A DNA stretch of 64,000 nt from positions 3,061 to 67,060 of the forward strand of contig CACFJP010000007.1 in assembly GCA_902566635.1 (NCBI GenBank). The letters run 5' to 3'. The position numbers and the translations under genes were made by a program. The DNA is from an uncultured Bacteroidota bacterium (GTDB taxonomy: Bacteria; Bacteroidota; Bacteroidia; Flavobacteriales; Flavobacteriaceae). How positions within the stretch are numbered: the first letter of the stretch is position 1; each line of letters begins with the position of its first letter. Under the pieces are notes generated by a model that searched no databases, was not told where the DNA came from, and was given only the letters and a program-made list of their open reading frames with translations. Below, piece after piece: positions 57,707 to 64,000 of this stretch.

Positions 57707-59308
57707 TTATTTCGAAAAGCATAAGCACATGAAATCCTTGCTAAATGGGTCGATATGTTTAATCAATGTGGGAATAAAATCATCACCATATTGCAATATA
57801 AAATCTGCAAAATTAACCCTGCGTTCCTGTAAATCTCCCAAGGGAAATAGCTGTTGTTGCAATTCGGTGATGCGTTTGATGTGATTGACTAACTTTTTAC
57901 GCTGTGCCTTTAGCAACCTTTTTTCAAGATTCTCTAAACCTTTTGTTTGTTTTTTTTCTTGTGCTTTCACAGCCCCCAAAAATGAAGCATCAGTCTGTTT
58001 TGCCAAGTCATAGAGATGCCCAAATTGATCGCCCAACTGCGTTTTGAGAAAACTCAAATCTATCTCAATATTACTAATTTGACGCACACGGCGATTGATT
58101 AATTCATTCGAAGGTAAAAACAAATCAGCAGGCGATATTCCCAACGACTTGAGTTTTCGATGTTGCTTGTCTGAAAATAACAAAAGTGAAGATCGCAATT
58201 TCAGCATAGGCCGCGGAAGGTCAAAAGACGAAAATGCCTCGCCAAGCTGCAACCAGTATGCAAGCTCTGAGCCACCACCTACATACACCAAATTGGGCAA
58301 AACAACTTCTTGAAAAATTGGCCGAAGTAAAGCATTAGGCGAAAATCTCTCAGGATGTTTTTGAAGTGCTGCAACAAACTCTTTTTTGGTAAAAGAAACT
58401 TTTGTTTGAACAACATCATAACCATCTTTTGTTTTGGTGATTCGTTGCCGGCCAGACTCACCCATATAAAACAGATTTACATTTCTAGGGTTCACTTGAG
58501 GCTTCATCTTTTTTTGAAAAGCTTTTTCCAATCTTTTCATTGTTAACTCACTGGTCGTTTTTATGAGTTGCTCTTCACATTCTTTTTGAACATAAGGTGC
58601 AAACTGTTTCTTGAGTTGGGGGTCATCACCATCAACAATTACCAAGCCATAACTTCCAAAAAGCTGATGAACCAAATACCGAGTGGCGTCTGCTAAGTTT
58701 GAGTGCTTGCAATAACTTTGCTCAAACAACTCTTGTAATTCCTTTACGTGGGGTCGTTTTCCTAAATGCCGCTTCCAAGTTTTTAAAACTCGAATAAGAC
58801 CCTCAGTTGACATCCGACCAACTGGACCCTCGCTTTTGTTAGGCCAGTGAATCGTTTGTCCCTCAACAGTAAAGTGGTTGATTTCTTCAAAATCGTGATC
58901 TTCAGAGGCCATCCAAAATACTGGTAAATAGGTGTTTCCGTCTTTTTGTGCGTTCCACTTCGCAGCAATTTTAATAACGTCTATGATTTTATATAAAAAG
59001 AAAAGCGACCCAGTAAATAAATTGAGTTGATGGCCGGTGGTGATTGTGAAGCAGTTTGAAGAACGCAAAGAATCTATTTTTAGTCTTGGCACATCTTGAA
59101 TATGTTGATACTGTTGTGAGATTACATTGACTAGATTTTCTCTGAGATGCGGAGTAAATCGGTCTTGCTGTTGTTTGATATGAGCTAAATCGGGTCTATT
59201 TTGAAATGGTCTATAAAAGCCATCGAGCAAAGGGTCTGAATGAATCAAACGACTTGTCAAAAAAGGAAGTCGATTGGTCGTTTTGTGATGAATCCCATAC
59301 TGCTGCAT
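57707..59308 (-). CDS. bshC: Bacillithiol biosynthesis cysteine-adding enzyme BshC
   Basis: Hallmark block VFWMASEDHDFEEINH, size of ~530 aa and C-terminal coiled coil. I prefer the ATG at 59308 (MQQYGIHHK...) over the longer track ORF. Confidence 0.75.
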   Translation of the reverse strand: MQQYGIHHKTTNRLPFLTSRLIHSDPLLDGFYRPFQNRPDLAHIKQQQDRFTPHLRENLVNVISQQYQHIQDVPRLKIDSLRSSNCFTITTGHQLNLFTGSLFFLYKIIDVIKIAAKWNAQKDGNTYLPVFWMASEDHDFEEINHFTVEGQTIHWPNKSEGPVGRMSTEGLIRVLKTWKRHLGKRPHVKELQELFEQSYCKHSNLADATRYLVHQLFGSYGLVIVDGDDPQLKKQFAPYVQKECEEQLIKTTSELTMKRLEKAFQKKMKPQVNPRNVNLFYMGESGRQRITKTKDGYDVVQTKVSFTKKEFVAALQKHPERFSPNALLRPIFQEVVLPNLVYVGGGSELAYWLQLGEAFSSFDLPRPMLKLRSSLLLFSDKQHRKLKSLGISPADLFLPSNELINRRVRQISNIEIDLSFLKTQLGDQFGHLYDLAKQTDASFLGAVKAQEKKQTKGLENLEKRLLKAQRKKLVNHIKRITELQQQLFPLGDLQERRVNFADFILQYGDDFIPTLIKHIDPFSKDFMCLCFSK

Positions 59309-59448
59309 CCGGTAAAGATACGACACAGAAGTTGTCTGCGATAGACTATGTTCATCCAATTCAGTCAAGTGAGCAGAAATTGAACCAGTAATGAATAAAA
59401 AACCGAACTGAGAGAAAGGCTTTTAAGTTTTGTTTCGTAAAAGAAAAA

Positions 59449-59904
59449 TTATTCCTCTGCTGCTTTGGTAACTTGAAACGGTAATTGAATCTTAACCTCA
59501 CGATGCAAACGTATTTCAGCTTCATGGTCACCCAACAACTTTACAGATCCACCTTTAATTTTGATGCACTTTTTTTCGATCTCATGACCAGCATCTATAA
59601 GAGCAGCGCTTAAATCGACATTATTGATTGATCCGAATAATTTACCAGTCCCTCCAGCTTTTGCAACAATTTTGATATCCGAAGCCAATAACTTTTTTCC
59701 AAGTGCACTGGCATCGTCAACCAACTTCTTTTCTTTGAAAGCGCGTTGCTTGAGGTTTTCTGCTAATACTTTTTTAGCAGAAGGGGTCGCTAAAATTGCT
59801 AAGCCCTGAGGAATTAAAAAATTTCGTCCATATCCGTTTTTGACCTGAACAACGTCATCTTTAAAACCTAAGTTTTCTACGTCTTGTTTTAATATGAGTT
59901 CCAT
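59449..59904 (-). CDS. rplI: 50S ribosomal protein L9
   Basis: MELILKQDVENLGFKDDVVQVKNGYGRNFLIPQGLA is the canonical L9 N-domain. Confidence 0.95.
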   Translation of the reverse strand: MELILKQDVENLGFKDDVVQVKNGYGRNFLIPQGLAILATPSAKKVLAENLKQRAFKEKKLVDDASALGKKLLASDIKIVAKAGGTGKLFGSINNVDLSAALIDAGHEIEKKCIKIKGGSVKLLGDHEAEIRLHREVKIQLPFQVTKAAEE

Positions 59905-59910
59905 TGTTTA

Positions 59911-60207
59911 TTATTTTAGAAGGTCAGCAACATAAGGCATTAATGCCAAGTGACGTGAACGCTTGATGGCTACTGACAACTTTCGCTGATATTTGAGCGA
60001 AGTACCCGTGAGCCTTCTAGGTAAAATCTTACCTTGCTCGTTAACAAACTTCAATAAAAAGTCTGGATCTTTGTAGTCAATATACTTTATCCCATACTTT
60101 TTGAAGCGACAATATTTTTTTAGTTCATTTGTTTCAATGTCTAGAGGTGTGAGGTAGCGTACTTCCCCTTGTTTACCACTTTTACTCGCTTGTTCTAATG
60201 ATGCCAT
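59911..60207 (-). CDS. rpsR: 30S ribosomal protein S18
   Basis: [50 protein letters not shown]. Confidence 0.95.
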   Translation of the reverse strand: MASLEQASKSGKQGEVRYLTPLDIETNELKKYCRFKKYGIKYIDYKDPDFLLKFVNEQGKILPRRLTGTSLKYQRKLSVAIKRSRHLALMPYVADLLK

Positions 60208-60210
60208 GAG

Positions 60211-60549
60211 TTATACTTTAGATGTTAAACGTTCTCTTCGTTTTTCGGCCCAAGCTTCGGCATGTTTGTCTAGCTTGACCGTAAGATAGCGCATTACGCG
60301 CTCATCGCGTCTAAATTCCAGTTCTAAAGCATTGACAATTTCAGGAGTGACTTTAAAGTCAAAAAGATGGTAGAAACCACTTTTCTTGTTTTGGATGGTA
60401 TAAGCAAACTTTTTCAAGCCCCAATCTTCCTGATCAACAAGCTCACCATCGTTTGAAGTGATGATATCAGCATACTTTTGAACTGCTTCCTTTACCTGAT
60501 CTTCAGATAAAACGGGATTTAAAATGAAAACAGTTTCGTAATGATTCAT
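60211..60549 (-). CDS. rpsF: 30S ribosomal protein S6
   Basis: MNHYETVFILNPVLSEDQV... is the canonical S6 start, at M17 of the track ORF. Gene order is rpsF-rpsR-rplI. The start coordinate is derived from the ORF-track frame (see the rejected note on my hand count). Confidence 0.85.
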   Translation of the reverse strand: MNHYETVFILNPVLSEDQVKEAVQKYADIITSNDGELVDQEDWGLKKFAYTIQNKKSGFYHLFDFKVTPEIVNALELEFRRDERVMRYLTVKLDKHAEAWAEKRRERLTSKV

Positions 60550-60669
60550 ATTTATAAATTGGGCAGCGAAATTATTACTTTTGTTTATCAATTCCAATCC
60601 TTTTATAATTTTTTACATGAAAAGGAGTTATGAAGAAGTGCAACGATCATACAATTATTGACTGCTTAT

Positions 60670-63102
60670 CTACAATGGATCGACGTCAACCAATAGTTTT
60701 ATAGATCGAAAGTTGGGTATTTGTTCAAACCTTTTGATGATGCGGTTGAGCTGCTCTTTGGCTGATGAAACAGATTGATTGGTAGGTAGTTTGAGCAATA
60801 CTTGAATCAAAAATTGGTTGCGTATCCGACCTATTGGAGGTGACTGTGGCCCCAAAACAATCGAAAACTGATTTCTCAACGCTTGTGTAAACCAGTCTGC
60901 TGACTGTTGTAACGTTGCAAAATTTTTATGCTTGAGTTCAAAACGAATCAAGCGAACAAATGGTGGGTATGAAAACTCTTTTCTCTGCTTGCATTGGGTT
61001 GAAAACATACTTTCATAATCATATTTCTTTAGTTGCTGAAGGATTTGGTGGTTGCTGTCATAGGTCTGAATCAATACGCTACCCTGACGATCTTTTCGAC
61101 CTGCCCGACCTGAAACTTGTAACAAAATCTGGAATGCTCTTTCATGTGCTCGAAAGTCCTGAAAATTGAGTAGTGAGTCTGCCAAAACAACACCAACAAG
61201 AGTAACTTTATTAAAATCTAACCCCTTTGTCAGCATCTGCGTACCAATCAATATATCCAATTCATGCTGCTCAAAACGCTGAATCAAATCTCTGTGCCCA
61301 TACTTTCCTTTTGTCGTATCAGAATCCATTCGTGCAACGCGAGACTCAGGGAACAAGTCCTTTATTTCAGTTTCGATTTGTTGGGTTCCAAGGCCTATCG
61401 GCCTTGGATGAGCTGTGCCACATGCTACACAATGTGCATGACTCAAAACTGCATAACCACAATAATGACATTTGAGTTTTTCATTGTGTTTGTGATAGGT
61501 TAAACTCACATCACAATTGGGGCATTGAGGTACATGACCACAGGCTGTACAGTTCACATAAGAAGAAAATCCTCGTCTGTTTTGAAACAATATCACCTGC
61601 TCTTTTGCCTCTAAAGTTTTTGAAATCGCTTCAATCATTGCCTCCGAAAAGTGACCTCTCATCTGCTTTTTTTTATGAAAAGTCTTCAGATCGATTAATT
61701 CAATTGTTGGCATCGAAAATCCTTTATATCTCTTTTTTATTTCGACAAGTGAGTACTTCCCGATATGACTGTTATGGGTAGACTCTATTGCAGGAGAAGC
61801 AGACCCCATCACAATTTTGGCCTGATGCAAGCCAGCAAGTACGACAGCCACATCCCTCGCATGATAACGAGGGTTTGATTCAAACTGTTTGTAAGCCACT
61901 TCATGCGATTCGTCAACGATGATAAGACCAATATTCGAAAATGGCAATAGCACTGCCGATCGAGCACCAACGATCAATTGTGCACTGGGGTGTTGTTGCA
62001 ACACCTTGTTCCAAACCTCAGCACGTTCGCTGGGTGTGTAGCGAGAGTGATAAACAGACATACACTTACCAAAATGAACATATAGACGCTTGATAATTTG
62101 CGTTGTCAATGCGATTTCTGGCAGAAGAAAAAGAACTTGTTTTCCCTTGTCGATCATCTCCTGCACAAGATGAATGTACACTTCCGTTTTTCCCGACGCT
62201 GTGACGCCATGCAATAAAATACGATTCGTTTCATTGGCATCATCTCGAATCGATTGCAATGCTTTTTGTTGGGGATCTGTAAGCACTTGAGGAGGTGTTT
62301 CGGGTGCTGTTTTGACTGCCAAGCGATCTACAATAACTGACTTTTGATCCAATACGCCATTATTGATTAGTGTTTTGACAGAAGATGGAGATACCCCTGA
62401 GATTTCCAAAAATGATGATTTTTGAACAGGTGGTTTTTGTCGCATAAACTGCAATAGCGTTTCTCGTTGTTTGGGATTACTAACCACATCATTCAAAAGG
62501 GCTTGAAGGTTCTCATCCCCTTTATACTTGGGAGAAAGCACCAACTGTTGTTCTTGCTTGGGTTTGAATTTTGTATAAACCTCCTCACGTACTTGAATCA
62601 AGTTATGGCTAAGCAACTCTTGGGCGAGTTTATAGGTGTTTTTTGAAAGCTCTAGTTTGAAAGTTTCAGAAAGGGTAATTTTTCCATATTGTTGCAAAGA
62701 AGTAAGAAGTTGCTCGGCATTAGCACTCAGCTTGACGTCTGGTGAAGGAAGTTTATGAAAGTGAAGTTCTGTCTCACTTTCAAGCAAAAGAATACTGGGC
62801 ATGGCAGCACGATAAACACTGCCAAAGGGACTAATGTAATATGTTGAAATCCACTCCCATAGCTCGATTTGTTTTTGATTGACAATTGGGGTTTGATCTA
62901 TAATATACTCAATTGATTTAGCTTCATAAGCAGGGATAATTGTATGTGTCTTATAACTTAAAGCAGCGTATTTTTTTTTGTTGCCAAAGGGAACAACAAT
63001 TCGAATGCCAGGCTGAATAAAATTGTATTCTTCTTCGGTTACAGCATATGTAAATAGATTTGGGATTGGCAATGGCAGAATCAAATCAACAAAAAATGGC
63101 AT
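60670..63102 (-). CDS. priA: Primosomal protein N' (replication restart helicase PriA)
   Basis: Walker A HGVTASGKTEVY, DExH-type IVDESHE, Cys-rich zinc-binding region CTACGHVPQCPNCDVSLTYHKHNEKLKCHYCGY, motif VI QVSGRAGR. Confidence 0.92.
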   Translation of the reverse strand: MPFFVDLILPLPIPNLFTYAVTEEEYNFIQPGIRIVVPFGNKKKYAALSYKTHTIIPAYEAKSIEYIIDQTPIVNQKQIELWEWISTYYISPFGSVYRAAMPSILLLESETELHFHKLPSPDVKLSANAEQLLTSLQQYGKITLSETFKLELSKNTYKLAQELLSHNLIQVREEVYTKFKPKQEQQLVLSPKYKGDENLQALLNDVVSNPKQRETLLQFMRQKPPVQKSSFLEISGVSPSSVKTLINNGVLDQKSVIVDRLAVKTAPETPPQVLTDPQQKALQSIRDDANETNRILLHGVTASGKTEVYIHLVQEMIDKGKQVLFLLPEIALTTQIIKRLYVHFGKCMSVYHSRYTPSERAEVWNKVLQQHPSAQLIVGARSAVLLPFSNIGLIIVDESHEVAYKQFESNPRYHARDVAVVLAGLHQAKIVMGSASPAIESTHNSHIGKYSLVEIKKRYKGFSMPTIELIDLKTFHKKKQMRGHFSEAMIEAISKTLEAKEQVILFQNRRGFSSYVNCTACGHVPQCPNCDVSLTYHKHNEKLKCHYCGYAVLSHAHCVACGTAHPRPIGLGTQQIETEIKDLFPESRVARMDSDTTKGKYGHRDLIQRFEQHELDILIGTQMLTKGLDFNKVTLVGVVLADSLLNFQDFRAHERAFQILLQVSGRAGRKDRQGSVLIQTYDSNHQILQQLKKYDYESMFSTQCKQRKEFSYPPFVRLIRFELKHKNFATLQQSADWFTQALRNQFSIVLGPQSPPIGRIRNQFLIQVLLKLPTNQSVSSAKEQLNRIIKRFEQIPNFRSIKLLVDVDPL

Positions 63103-63236
63103 ATGAATTATACTGTTTTAAAATTGACTTTATGTTCATTTGTGATTACAAAATTTCCCAAAATAAGCTAGGTTATGAATAGCGAAAGTAAGAAATTTCT
63201 ACTTCGTCAACACCTAAATGGTTGTATCTTTATCAC

Positions 63237-63707
63237 ATGAAAATAAAATGTGTCGCCATTGGAAAAACATTAGGCTCATATGGACTTGAAGAAGTACAAA
63301 CCTATGTGAAACGCATCCAACATTTCATACCTTTTGAGTTTATTGAACTCAAAGAAATCAAACACAACAAACACAATCGAGAAAATGCACTGTTGGCTGA
63401 GGAGATAAGTATTTTAAAGCATGTCAGTAGCAGAGATGCTTTGATTCTCTTTGATGAAAAAGGAAAGCAAATGGACTCAAAAGCTTTTGCTCAATTTATC
63501 TCCAAACAGACGATGTTAGAGAGTGGGACACTAGTGTTTTGTCTTGGAGGTGCCTATGGGTTTAGCGAATCTTTACGCAAGCGTGCAAAAGGGATGGTTT
63601 CACTCTCCCCAATGACTTTCCCTCACCAACTTGCCAGAGTGATTGCCCTTGAACAGCTCTATCGAGCTTATACGATCATCAATCATCATCCTTATCATCA
63701 CGCATGA
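63237..63707 (+). CDS. rlmH: 23S rRNA (pseudouridine1915-N3)-methyltransferase
   Basis: From the ATG at 63237 (MKIKCVAIGKT...). SPOUT C-terminus FCLGGAYGFSE...SLSPMTFPHQLARVIALEQLYRAY. Confidence 0.9.
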   Translation: MKIKCVAIGKTLGSYGLEEVQTYVKRIQHFIPFEFIELKEIKHNKHNRENALLAEEISILKHVSSRDALILFDEKGKQMDSKAFAQFISKQTMLESGTLVFCLGGAYGFSESLRKRAKGMVSLSPMTFPHQLARVIALEQLYRAYTIINHHPYHHA

Positions 63708-64000
63708 ATAAGTTAATTCTCGCCACACACAACGAACATAAAGCCGAGGAGTTTAAGCAAATTCTACCTCAATTTCGAGTGCAAACACTAGCAGACCTCA
63801 ACTATGATCAGGAGATTACTGAAACAGCATCTGACTTGGAAGGAAATTCGCTTTTAAAAGCTGATACGATTTTTAGGCAGTATGGGCATATTGTAATTTC
63901 GGATGATAGTGGTCTTGAGGTTAAGGCATTGAATGGTGCGCCAGGTGTGTACTCGGCTCGTTATGCTGGAGAGCAAAAAGATGATCAGAAAAACACTGAA
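63704..64000 (+). CDS. rdgB: Non-canonical purine NTP pyrophosphatase RdgB/HAM1 (partial, runs off window)
   Basis: My hand translation is MNKLILATHNEHKAEEFKQIL...ISDDSGLEVKALNGAPGVYSARYAG, which fits the family pattern. Its ATG overlaps the rlmH TGA (ATGA). Confidence 0.85.
   Translation, partial: MNKLILATHNEHKAEEFKQILPQFRVQTLADLNYDQEITETASDLEGNSLLKADTIFRQYGHIVISDDSGLEVKALNGAPGVYSARYAGEQKDDQKNTE

Noticed and set aside
60538-60598. My hand translation of the rpsF 5' end gave one extra A at the 60540/60541 line break (GTA-AATGATTCAT). This would frameshift S6 relative to the ORF-track protein MNHYETVF.
   Set aside because: The machine-computed ORF track reads straight through. The flanking genes (rpsR start 60207, priA stop 60670) are in register with my coordinates. 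I treat this as my own character-counting error, not a real frameshift. A simple re-translation of 60211-60597 would settle it.

Overview
AT-rich chromosomal segment from a Bacteroidota genome, most likely class Flavobacteriia. Supporting signs are a SusC/SusD pair, three proteins with T9SS C-terminal sorting domains, TAnnTTTG -7 promoter boxes, no Shine-Dalgarno usage, and BshC, DUF349 and DUF368 genes. I support about 54 protein-coding genes, tightly packed. By eye I found no rRNA, tRNA, CRISPR array, transposase, integrase or phage genes. The window opens with a starch-type polysaccharide utilisation locus (1-6584): SusC 3' end, SusD, a SusE/F-like lipoprotein, a GH13 amylase with a T9SS tail, and one more T9SS cargo protein. 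Next come a methyltransferase, a TonB-dependent receptor and a DUF1800/DUF1501 pair, then a divergent cell-division cluster (coiled-coil protein plus ZapA facing an M23 peptidase plus an OM barrel). The rest is a long run of core housekeeping genes: iscS-like, rocD, trmH-family, RelA/SpoT, fur-like, purA, aroE, mazG, def, ruvX, dapD, tsaC, cca-like, ctaA, uvrB, hsp20, sucC, lysA, mnmA, yidC, pyrG, guaA, bshC, rplI, rpsR, rpsF, priA, rlmH and rdgB. I see no clear novel multi-gene system such as a defence island, so this reads as an ordinary core region. Five observations deserve a second look. (1) A DUF1501 enzyme combines a twin-arginine signal with a T9SS sorting tail and sits next to a signal-less DUF1800 partner. 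(2) A bactofilin gene is interrupted by an in-frame TAA at codon 8. (3) An orphan protein carries protein-kinase-like motifs. (4) An active M23 peptidase is translationally coupled to a TonB-dependent-receptor-like barrel, opposite zapA. (5) A G8 homopolymer lies inside the SAM-binding motif of a methyltransferase. All functional calls come from motifs recognised by eye in the supplied translations. No database search was run.
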